A stretch of 64,000 nucleotides of DNA from Schmidtea nova (taxonomy: Eukaryota). Of the stretch, positions 33,401 through 42,118 are shown one piece after another. Position 1 is the first letter of the stretch; each line of letters starts with the position of its first letter. The position numbers and the translations under genes were made by a program. The stretch covers positions 284,890,001-284,954,000 of the forward strand of contig CM097883.1 in the NCBI GenBank assembly GCA_044892505.1, written 5' to 3'. The notes beneath the pieces were generated by a model. It saw only the letters and a list, made by a program, of their open reading frames with translations, was not told the DNA's origin and did not search any database.

Positions 33401-35963
33401 ATTCCTCATTATATATTACTTCTAGCGCATTATCTAGTAATTTCTGGATCTCGTCCTCTTTTACTTGAATAGTTTCTGGTGTCTTTACTACTTCTATCTT
33501 TTTGTCTTCGATTTCCGGTTCGTTTAGCATGTCCCCTGCTAGACTACTGACGTCACTATCCTCTTCGTCATCTGAAAAATTCTTTGCCTGGCCTCTCAAC
33601 ATGTTAATGTGTTTTATTTGGTTGATTTCACTTGGTGTATTTTCCGTTGGTCTTGTTTCACTTTTAATAGCTTTTTGTGTTGATTCACTCTTGTCGTCTA
33701 CTACTTCGACCTTTCTCATTTTTCGTTCTAACTCGTCTATTTCTCCCAACCGTCTTCGTATCATTTTCCCTTTAAATATTCGACTGATTCGTGTTTCGTG
33801 ACGCACTGGCGATGGAATTCCTTCTGGTTCTATTTCCTTGATTACCATCACATTTCTTTTTGTCTCTACTACTCCCATGTTTTCCCATGTATCCGTTAGT
33901 TTCAATTTTACTTCTGGTGCACCTTCTATTTTTAGGAATGCTTCTCTGGGCAGTTTCGTTACTCCTGGAGCCATTTCATTCACTTTATTGAACAATATTT
34001 CTACTTCTTCCTTTATGTTATATTGGAATCGAAACACGTGCTTGTTTGGCAAAATTACCATCATTCCTCTTTTCCCGAGTTTCCTTTTCTCTTCTTGGTT
34101 CCCTTCTTTTTCTACTTCCTTTTCTGTTTCTTTTTCTGCTTCTTCATCTTCTTGTATTATCTCTTTTCGGCCTTCGTTGTTGGTTGGATTCGGGTTTGTT
34201 GGATTTATTTCTGGCACAGTCTCTTTCTCGTGGGTATTTGTTTGATTGGTTGCTCTCATCATATTAATTCTTAGAGGTTGTCGTTCTCTTTCTTGCTGTT
34301 TTTGTTCCTCTTCTCTTTGTATTCTTGCCCATTCCTGAGCATGTCGTGCTTGACTTTCCCGATTCAATCGTTCGTTTTCGCTTTCTATTTTTCTCATCAT
34401 ATTGATTTGTTGTTGACCTGTTTGCGGATTTCCTCTGGTTGTATTGTTTATCAGCTCCGTCAATCTTTGGACCTCTTGCATTAAATGTATCTCTTTAGTG
34501 GTATTTTTATTTTGGTTGTTATTATTACTATTTGGTTGGTTTCCGTATTCCGGTTGGTTTCCATTATTTGGCTGATTTCCATAATTCTGTCGGTTTCCAC
34601 CAGTTGGTTGGTTTCCATAGTTTTGTCGGTTTCCGGTATTCTGCCAGTTTCCTCGTTGATTGCTTCTTTGTCCGCAATTTCTTGATAGGTGTCCAGGTCG
34701 TCCACAATTAAAACAGGTTATTGTGTAACATCTGCTCTCTGAATGCCCTTTTACTCCACATTTTCCACAATTCAAGTTCTGATAACATTCTTGTTGCCAA
34801 TGTCCCAATTTCCCACATGTTTTGCATTGTTTCGTTGGTCCTTGGGGGTTGTAATTGTTTTGATTTCCGTAATTTGATACTTTATTCCCTTCATTCCTTC
34901 GTTGCGGTGGTGGTAGGTTTAATTGTTGTGAATTTGGAATGTGGTTATTCAGGTTCACTTCTTGTTCGTTTTGTGCTGTATCCATAGCTAAATAGATTCT
35001 ACCATCATTTCCTATCATGTGTAGTTCAAATCTATTAGCTGTTTCTAGTGCTTGGTCGATGGTTTTACAACCTTGACATCCAACTTGCGCTCTTATGTCG
35101 GGTCTTCTTAATCCTCCCACAAAGATAGCTGCCATTAACTCCTCATTTATTGGACTGTCTTGATTGAAAATCAACTTTGCTAACTTTTTCAATTCGCTTG
35201 CATATACCGCATTCGATTCATTTATCTTTTGTTTCCTCATTGAGAATTCCGTAAATGCCTCATTCAATACTTTATTTATTCCGAAGGTTTGTTGGAAAAA
35301 GTCCTTTATCGCTGACCAACTTGTAGGTGGATTAATTCCATTTTTTGCTTCCAAATATAGATCTAATGCGCTATCTTTTAAATATAGCTGAATTCTGCTT
35401 ACAGTTGTTTCTGGTTTCCACTTGCATACTTCCACGAATATGCCAAATTCCTTTAAGAAAGTTTCTAATTTACTCGCATCTCCATTAAACGGTTCTCCGG
35501 AAAATTTGTCTTTTATCTCTTCTCTTGGTTCGCTCATTTCAATTCCGCTGTCTGTAGTTATTTTACTTTCGTTTCCTCTTGTTTCTAGTTCACTGTTAGG
35601 TTCGTCACTCGAATTTCGGTCGATCTCAGTTTCTTTTGCTGATTCGTTATCTGATGCTTTACTATCGTTATCGGTATCGTCACTTTCTGTTTCTTGTTCT
35701 ACTTCGTCTTCTATTTCTTCTATATAATCGTTGTTGGTTTTGTCGACTTCTATTTCACTTATTGGGTTTCTCTCGGGTTCTGCTTGATTTTCTTTGTTGC
35801 TTGGACTGTTGCTTGTTACTGATAATTTATCGTTTTCGATAATCGATTTGTGTATTATTATCTTCCTCGCTTTACTTCCTTTTAGGCCTTTCTGCTTATT
35901 ATTCTTGGTAGCTTTATTCTTTTCTGCTGGTTTTATTATGACACTCTTTTCTCCTTTTCTCAA
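30474..35963 (-). CDS. gag: Extended Gag polyprotein: capsid, three CCHC zinc knuckles, N/Q/G repeats, ubiquitin-like domains, AT-hook, Bcl-2-like domain, C-terminal hydrophobic segment
   Basis: Knuckles CKTCGKLGHWQQEC, CGKCGVKGHSESRC and CFNCGRPGHLSRNC (34674-34826); BH2-like EPYIISKGGWETF. The track start is TTG; the first ATG is near codon 143, so the true start is unresolved. Confidence 0.88.
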   Translation of the reverse strand: MRKGEKSVIIKPAEKNKATKNNKQKGLKGSKARKIIIHKSIIENDKLSVTSNSPSNKENQAEPERNPISEIEVDKTNNDYIEEIEDEVEQETESDDTDNDSKASDNESAKETEIDRNSSDEPNSELETRGNESKITTDSGIEMSEPREEIKDKFSGEPFNGDASKLETFLKEFGIFVEVCKWKPETTVSRIQLYLKDSALDLYLEAKNGINPPTSWSAIKDFFQQTFGINKVLNEAFTEFSMRKQKINESNAVYASELKKLAKLIFNQDSPINEELMAAIFVGGLRRPDIRAQVGCQGCKTIDQALETANRFELHMIGNDGRIYLAMDTAQNEQEVNLNNHIPNSQQLNLPPPQRRNEGNKVSNYGNQNNYNPQGPTKQCKTCGKLGHWQQECYQNLNCGKCGVKGHSESRCYTITCFNCGRPGHLSRNCGQRSNQRGNWQNTGNRQNYGNQPTGGNRQNYGNQPNNGNQPEYGNQPNSNNNNQNKNTTKEIHLMQEVQRLTELINNTTRGNPQTGQQQINMMRKIESENERLNRESQARHAQEWARIQREEEQKQQERERQPLRINMMRATNQTNTHEKETVPEINPTNPNPTNNEGRKEIIQEDEEAEKETEKEVEKEGNQEEKRKLGKRGMMVILPNKHVFRFQYNIKEEVEILFNKVNEMAPGVTKLPREAFLKIEGAPEVKLKLTDTWENMGVVETKRNVMVIKEIEPEGIPSPVRHETRISRIFKGKMIRRRLGEIDELERKMRKVEVVDDKSESTQKAIKSETRPTENTPSEINQIKHINMLRGQAKNFSDDEEDSDVSSLAGDMLNEPEIEDKKIEVVKTPETIQVKEDEIQKLLDNALEVIYNEEFIDKKHYRKFMRAILQMNYKEWLPGREVETLSQYVGKLLKEPLHEYIILIEIKTCLPRIWIKAPLTEDIYQWVEDRLGSSYKNKFLYSQNGLVKKRTHLIETGIWPGEVTTLSICDDKREENLQEVAKEANTCFEKKIKPRLEYEKGRILRGNLNSMIEQIIPQIKKHRKELMRSEYEKLKRCIECIRDTSHTRWSQISYGKVVAKMGKAMFRQGKITDLKISVELPNEDTKEIEVVADCTIKELVNVINETLLQREPEEEWEDDIIMKYNEHVLWDHDERRLYKIGIWDNHQTIHVIRMDDTPRETAKDEKRERERQKEVVHKLQQIVDIYRNWRIWPEWEDVLEELNLNRRLRTPVEKQWNERGKCWEPKAGEYEEEYEISIEDDHKPETGRVCMVTRKAMPADLDGPETATMWLEREKQKTEEFVEILKTNAHGKRKLVKGLADFFVVNGEDITCLRKVAKAIAEYKRVNEWCPEQLDHVIKKWRNQEFSQESPQKVHLRIVYPNQEKEEFWVGIVEKVRDIKKKLRYEPPFHLQHQGRSLDNSLEIGITPAQLDIANTLTVAAIAGQPLKLKEEKKPKGSMSTPSPMKSVMTPGTSSEQARTTPRETRERTPPEPYDVDEIFTDSDDMLEELIELTKEKDDNIFERIQELPTAIPVTNTEDEVEQEIIIEEVNEIAEEEARRANVENVQFTQEMERWLEERANEPRDVTEETGRETRLVETGTTMDKRPRGRPKMDPANVVIKSREEKRRDQWDLCLKKLNKIAETKEKETTQTYQGEEWISKMLMEILAIIDPELKKWWRINEIGERAKSLHSAIAPILPELIKEKTRSNHLDWQGTTMLIKKLTEGAETDNKYLIAMAYTIYNLLTLSRGRLKPTALERHIKNTAKIIEKEIEPYIISKGGWETFTKTNQKKNQAKNMKRKFEEILGELEKEKSGTGNGKSSLNLSSIIMMMLIWMISTDGATAFEVFD

Positions 35964-36513
35964 CGGGATTACTTTTGTATACTCAATTTTCCTGTCTTAT
36001 CGTGTTCCGATTCTTTTCTTCCTTGGTTGCTTGGTTTGGTTTGATTGATTTATCTAAAATACAAATGTCACTTCAACGATACTCTATTGTTATCGTTGCG
36101 CTTTTATTCCCTTTTTACGGGACTTCTCATTACTGGGTTTCTATTATTTTTCCCCATTCCCAGATTCCCCTTTATTTAAGTCTATTTAAATTATCTATAT
36201 ACTAGTCACAATTATCCATTTAGTCATAACAATTATCTATCGGTTATTCAAATACATCAATTATTTTTCCCGCGGTCTCCCAATTTATTTGTCGTTCGAA
36301 CGCTCTAATTCCCTGAGTCATTTGACTCGATTATTATTTTATCATCTCTTTATCTTTCTCTCTGCTAGCCTCTAATTATTAATTCTGCCGGTCTTTCCGG
36401 TCAGCTCCTATTTCTCAATTCTACTTGCATGCATTATTTTAGGTCGCATAATCAGCTTTACTCGCATTTCTCAATTCCTGGTGCGCACTATTCTCATTAT
36501 CGTCGACGATCAC

Positions 36514-36725
36514 AACTCTGGGCCTATATTCCCTCTGTTGTTATTTCTTATCACTTGCAACCCTGGGCCTATATTCCCTCCGTTGCTACTCAAACGATTG
36601 TAACCCTGGGCTTATATTCCCTCCGTTACTATCTTCCTTTAATTTTAAATAATTGCAACCCTGGGCCTATATTCCCTCCGTTGCTACTCAACAATTGTAA
36701 CCCTGGGCCTATATTCCCTCCGTTA
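36514..36725. repeat. Five dispersed copies of AACCCTGGGCCTATATTCCCTCCGTT in the 5' leader
   Basis: Copies begin near 36514, 36559, 36603, 36657 and 36699. Confidence 0.85.
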
Positions 36726-36749
36726 CTATATATCCGGATATCCCTATTG

Positions 36750-36935
36750 GCTCCTTTGGCCTCTAATTAATATCAATTATCTCAAATGGCTCTTATGGCC
36801 TCAAATTCATATCTCAACTATCTCAAATGGCTCTATTGGCCTTAAATCATATCTCAATTATCTCAAATGGCTCTATTGGCCTTAAATCATATCTCAATAA
36901 CGCCTAGCTAGGTCATTCAATATGGCTCTTTGGCC
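36750..36935. repeat. ~40-bp tandem repeat with core ATCTCAAATGGCTCTATTGGCCT
   Basis: About five degenerate GGCTCxxxTGGCCT units visible. Confidence 0.75.
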
Positions 36936-36937
36936 TC

Positions 36938-37152
36938 AACCCTTTGTTTCAAGGGACAAACCGCTGATAACCCTTTGTTTCAAGGGACAAATTCTAATAA
37001 CCCTTTGTTTCAAGGGACAAACCGCTGATAACCCTTTGTTTCAAGGGACAAATTCTAATAACCCTTTGTTTCAAGGGACAAACCGCTGATAACCCTTTGT
37101 TTCAAGGGACAAATTCTAATAACCCTTTGTTTCAAGGGACAAACCGCTGATA
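36938..37152. repeat. Seven-copy tandem hairpin repeat AACCCTTTGTTTCAAGGGACAAA with alternating 8/7-nt linkers
   Basis: Exact 23-bp core seven times; linkers alternate CCGCTGAT and TTCTAAT; internal CCCTT/AAGGG stem. Confidence 0.9.
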
Positions 37153-37628
37153 ACTTTTCCTTAACCGGTTAATCGTAATTCTTAACTTCGCTAGCGACTA
37201 CAATTTCTCAGCTGAGTTCTCTCAATTTCATGCGAGCTGATTATGCACCTCTTATTTTTCTCTACAATTCCTCGATTCTTTGTTTTATTACTAATTCTTT
37301 CGCTGATCAGCCATAATTCAATTTTTATTATTTTCTCTGCGCGCATCTTAACTCATCGTGGTTTTCCCTATTTCTCTCCCCAACCAAAATATACAAAAAG
37401 ATCGCGTTGGTCTACTAGTGCGAGATGTGGTGATCAATCACATAGCAAAAGCTTTCCAACATTTGCGATTGGCCCCTTTCTATATACCCCGAGTGGGTTG
37501 ATCAACTGGTACCTCCCAATGGGTGCTTAACGGACTACTTGACAGTAGCTCAAAAATTAATTAACATTGTTGATTGCTCCCCTGACTTTGTCATTCGATA
37601 CAATATATTAACACACTCTAAATATTTA

Positions 37629-38090
37629 TTATAAATAAACTACAATTCTATCAGCTACAGAGAAATTGCACATGGGGCACTCATCACACTTATTCGCACA
37701 GTTTTTACAAAATCGAAAATGTCCGCATGGTAGAAACATTATTTGGATTTCACTGTCTTCGCATATGTAACATTGTTTATATTGTTTTGCTGCCTCGACC
37801 CCTTGCGACATCCATCGGTTATATGTTAGGTTTAACTGCTGTTCTATATGTCGGCATCTAATATTCAACTCGGCATCCTCTAATCGTGCTTTGTACCATT
37901 TATATCGCGTATTTATATCGAGTTTATTCACTTTCTCTATGATTTTTATTAACTCAGTTGTTTCCTCCGTTTGTGTCGTAGGTTCCTCATATTCGGATGC
38001 TCTTATTCGGGTTATTTTTTCGCAGACTGTCTCAAATGTATCGTTCTCGGTGTTGAAAAATTCCTCGATTTCTTTCAGTTTTTCCTCCAT
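37629..38090 (-). CDS. C-terminal RING finger protein of IAP/MDM2 type, no BIR visible (153 aa)
   Basis: CYIC...FLPCGH...CKNCA...CPMC...IVVYL at the extreme C-terminus. Lies between the PBS and gag. Confidence 0.8.
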   Translation of the reverse strand: MEEKLKEIEEFFNTENDTFETVCEKITRIRASEYEEPTTQTEETTELIKIIEKVNKLDINTRYKWYKARLEDAELNIRCRHIEQQLNLTYNRWMSQGVEAAKQYKQCYICEDSEIQIMFLPCGHFRFCKNCANKCDECPMCNFSVADRIVVYL

Positions 38091-38430
38091 TTCCTAGATA
38101 ATTTATTTAATTACTGTGTTAATATTATTCGAAAAGTAGTACTGTGTTTCGTTTCTGACAGTTTTATAGCCTAGTACTGTGTTTCGTTTCTGACAGTTTT
38201 ATAGCCTCCCCCCGTGTTTCGGTAAATTGTCGTCCCGACCTGTTATTTATGAATGCATTTGTTCAATTTATCTACTAATTTGTTTTAATTCTCTGTTTGT
38301 AATTATCTATTTCCACGCAACTCACTTTTATCTCGTTTACTCTTTCGGTTACTATTTCTACTCACAAAATTCTGATTTTAAGTTTCTCTGTTGTCATTGG
38401 GTTCACCTTTTCCGCATAAAACAAAGTTGA

Positions 38431-38448
38431 ATCCCGGCTGAGCCCCCA
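38431..38448 (-). promoter_or_regulatory. Primer-binding site complementary to the 3' end of tRNA-Pro
   Basis: TGGGGGCTCAGCCGGGAT, 16/18 identical to the MLV tRNA-Pro PBS TGGGGGCTCGTCCGGGAT, 6 nt inside the 5' LTR. Confidence 0.8.
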
Positions 38449-39013
38449 AATTTATGCTGGGATTATGGGTGGGTTTTAAGTAATTCAGGTAAATCATTAA
38501 TCATTACTGAACGGCTAGTGATGAGTACTTATACTAGGGATTCCACGCCCATAACCATACATAACATGACTACTACACGCGTATGCCCTTGACTATTCCC
38601 TACTAGTCAAGTTGGTACTGCATACGGTGGTGGAAAAATGATGGGCAGGTGAGCTTTGTTGCCAAAACTACTCCCCATTTATCTTCCCGCGGGTCCTTGC
38701 TGCCGATAGAAGGTCTTACGCATTTACATTCTATGGATGTTCGTTTCTTACTGCATTTTATACTACATATCCTTATGATCTATCATACGCTTTTCCCAAT
38801 GACTTTCCTTAATGAATCTACAATGTAATTAATCAGTCCCTGCGTAGAAACGGTCGGTTTGAGAAAATTACGGATGCGATTTTCTATTTCGATGATTTCA
38901 GTGTTGTTAATTTAATTTTATTTAGTAACCTCGCCCGATGAGAGACAAAATTTACACAGAAAATACTTTTATTAAAATACTAAAACAGGTTGTTATTTTA
39001 CATGGATGTTTTC

Positions 39014-39598
39014 CTAAGCGAATTCCAGACTAATCTCCTGAATCAACTCCGCTTCGGTTAAGGAGTTCAAGTGGTGGATTTGTTCGTCCAGGCGCTTCGC
39101 AAATTCTCGGCGACGACGACGCTGTCGCGATCCCATTCGATGTTTTCGAAGCTGTTGGTTTATGACCGGCGCTGACGCTATTGTTCTCGGGGGATCACTG
39201 AGAAAAATAGGCAAATCTTCCGTTGCGAGAGTGGGGGTCATGATGATTCCCTCTTCCGTCCCGCAAGCGACATCTTGGTGAGTGCATTGTATCCAGCGCT
39301 GAGCCGTGATCGGCCGGATTAGCGCTCGCAATTCGGAGTCGATGTAACTTCTTGTTACTGCGTTCAGGCAATTTCGTAGTTCTCTCTGGACAGCGTCTAG
39401 TTCCAATTTAGTTGCGGCCAGTGCTTCCTGCATTCGCTCAAGTTTTTTCGACTGGTCCTTCATTTGTTCGGGCGAGAACCACTTCGCTCTCAATTCATCA
39501 TTGGCGACCGTGAGTCGCTTGATCTGTCGCTGCTGGTCCCTCAACTTCCTCTCTTGGATTTGTCCCATGATTTTCTTGGAATTTTCTGAAGTCGGCAT
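39014..39598 (-). CDS. LTR-encoded 194-aa protein, second copy
   Basis: Same translation as 13801-14385. Confidence 0.6.
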   Translation of the reverse strand: MPTSENSKKIMGQIQERKLRDQQRQIKRLTVANDELRAKWFSPEQMKDQSKKLERMQEALAATKLELDAVQRELRNCLNAVTRSYIDSELRALIRPITAQRWIQCTHQDVACGTEEGIIMTPTLATEDLPIFLSDPPRTIASAPVINQQLRKHRMGSRQRRRRREFAKRLDEQIHHLNSLTEAELIQEISLEFA

Positions 39599-39927
39599 GT
39601 TGTCTGAATATTATAACCATAAATTCGCTGGAGGACCTATCAACAATGATATTTTATTTAGTCTATTATTTACTATCATTAAACGAGATGCATACTAATG
39701 TTTTTAATTATTAAGTTTGTTGCAAAATTAATTAACTATCTAATTATTGAAGGCTCAAAAATTTTATTGAACTAATTTGAGATTATTAAATGAAATTCCT
39801 AATGACTATAACAACTACAATACTGGATATTAATAAATCTACATTACGACACTATTAACAAAATGAGACACTTCAGAAATTTTTTAAAACATTTATTAAA
39901 TTCAAAAATAGGTGGCCATTTATTCAA

Positions 39928-40404
39928 TTATCCATCTTCGGTCATTTTTCCCCGATACGAAAATATCGATTTAATTTGCAAATTTGTGTGGATCCCTGGG
40001 CTATTGGACGAGGCTTGCTGGAAGCGGATTCTCTCAGCTTCTCGAAGGGGTCGTATGGCTGTATTGAACTTGAACCCCAATTCCTTGAAGGTAGAGGCTG
40101 GAATGAACCCCCAATAAATGACACATTTCGGGAATCCACCTTTGTCCAACATCAGGATGAACCAGGCGGCGTGCCATGATTCGAATTCCTCGTCTGGAAT
40201 GATTGGCCAACTAGCGCATCCCCGGTACCATACGTGATGCCGTGGATGGTCCCATACTGTAAATGGACAGGCGGTTTCAAGCTCTCGGCGCCATGCCCAC
40301 ATTTTTTGATGGATTTGTTGTAAAATTTCGAAAGGAGCCGGCTTTAATGGGCTAACTCGGGCTCGTTCTTGTCGCTTTTTGATAGTGTATCTATGTTTAG
40401 TCAT
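39928..40404 (-). CDS. LTR-encoded 158-aa protein, second copy
   Basis: Same translation as 14715-15191. Confidence 0.55.
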   Translation of the reverse strand: MTKHRYTIKKRQERARVSPLKPAPFEILQQIHQKMWAWRRELETACPFTVWDHPRHHVWYRGCASWPIIPDEEFESWHAAWFILMLDKGGFPKCVIYWGFIPASTFKELGFKFNTAIRPLREAERIRFQQASSNSPGIHTNLQIKSIFSYRGKMTEDG

Positions 40405-42118
40405 GATTCTAAAACGATGCTACATTTTATAATAGTTACAATTTACATCAATAATTAATCATAGTAAATGTTATCTCTCATCGTGATACCCTTATTATTT
40501 GCCTTCCCCTTAGACCTTAGCTGAAATCAAGAAAAAACTGTTGCTTGTTACGGTATACATTACTCTCGTATCTACTTAGATTTATCTGTTTACGATCAAT
40601 TTTATAGTCGAAAAAAAGGGTGATTTGTCTGCTTGGATTTTTAAGATATTGATACCTCAAAACGGAAGTTCTCTCACGTCATGTATCCCTAGCTTATTCG
40701 AAAACGCTCTTTTGTATCAAATGCGGTCGACATAAATTTTCTAAGGTTTATTAGATGTTTATCTAGCAGCTGTGCTGCGGTGAGGGGGAACAATTTGTGC
40801 CTCCTCACGGTTAAAAAATTCTTTCATATCTTTAAGCTTTATCGAAAAATTATCGTCCCTTCTGTAGCTAAATTGATCGGAAAATAATTCCCCGGATTTG
40901 TTGGGTGTCCCATGTGCAAATCTCATCCATCACTAACAAAATTATGTTTTGTTATTTATTACTTTACCGTGTGTGGAGCCCTCGAGCACCACGCCACGGA
41001 CGGACACCTTGGGAACCTAAAGCTCCCAACGGCGCAAGATTAATATGCTAGGTTAAATAGTTTAAATATAACATAAATCATAATGAGACAAATAATAAAT
41101 TATAATATGATAATGACATATGAATACAGCGATATCAAATAATAAACGTAAATATACCAAAAATACCTCAATTGAATTCTGAAAATTTATTGATCAAAAT
41201 CGGTCTAAACGGTGATCGTCGTCGGGGCAATGTGCAATCTAATGTAAATTTTTAGTCTGAACACAAGTCTAAATTTTTGTCTCAAACAAAGTCACAAGTC
41301 TACAATCTATATTCTAACAAAGTCTAAGTTTTTACACAGTCTAACAACGTCTCTATTCTACCAAAGTCTGTTTTTTTGAGAAATCTGATCAGTATTTATA
41401 CTGATCAGTCGTGTCTAGACTGACCAATCAGGTTTGGCCAGTTTCATGGTGGTTTTTAATTATTGTTTTTGATTCTAATTAATTTTTATTTTTTAGATTG
41501 TATTCTTCCTTGGAGGTCCGGGTTTCAAAAACAATTATTCAATAACAAGTACTTTTATTTGGTTTTAATTATTATTATTTGTATTTTATTTGTTTTTAGA
41601 TGTCTCCTGGGCCCGTTAATATCTATAAATTCATTTATTTTTATTTATAGCTTGTACTTAGTTATTCTATATTTTTACTATATTATTCCTTTCTTTTAAT
41701 AAATAAATATTCCCCTTTTTACCTTATTTTTCTCTTTTTTGTTTTAATTAATCTACTTTTATTTCACTGTTCCCTCTATTTGGCTGGCCCAACAATTCAA
41801 TAAAATTTAGTAATTTCAATTTTAGTTTTTGATTGTTTGAATTTTTATANNNNNNNNNNNNNNNNNNNNNNNNNNNNNNNNNNNNNNNNNNNNNNNNNNN
41901 NNNNNNNNNNNNNNNNNNNNNNNNNNNNNNNNNNNNNNNNNNNNNNNNNNNNNNNNNNNNNNNNNNNNNNNNNNNNNNNNNNNNNNNNNNNNNNNNNNNN
42001 NNNNNNNNNNNNNNNNNNNNNNNNNNNNNNNNNNNNNNNNNNNNNNNNNNNNNNNNNNNNNNNNNNNNNNNNNNNNNNNNNNNNNNNNNNNNNNNNNNNN
42101 NNNNNNNNNNNNNNNNNN

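Larger units (their letters stand above)
13242..41794 (-). mobile_element. Giant (28,553 bp) Ty3/Gypsy-type LTR retroelement with an envelope gene and accessory genes
   Basis: TG...CA ends; 4-bp TSD ATTC at 13238-13241 and 41795-41798; two 3340-bp LTRs; tRNA-Pro PBS; order PR-RT-RH-IN. The flanks rejoin to match the left foldback arm (1541-1560). Confidence 0.95.
38455..41794 (-). repeat. 5' LTR (3340 bp)
   Basis: TG...CA ends, direct repeat of 13242-16581, adjacent to the PBS. Confidence 0.95.

Noticed and set aside
36938-37152. CRISPR-like array (palindromic repeat, seven copies)
   Set aside because: Spacers are only 7-8 nt and alternate between two sequences; there are no cas genes and the context is eukaryotic. 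It is a tandem repeat.
16250-38430. Dozens of plus-strand ORFs rich in Leu/Phe/Ser
   Set aside because: These are shadow frames opposite the A-rich coding strand, with no recognisable domains. The same applies to plus-strand ORFs at 62154-63891.
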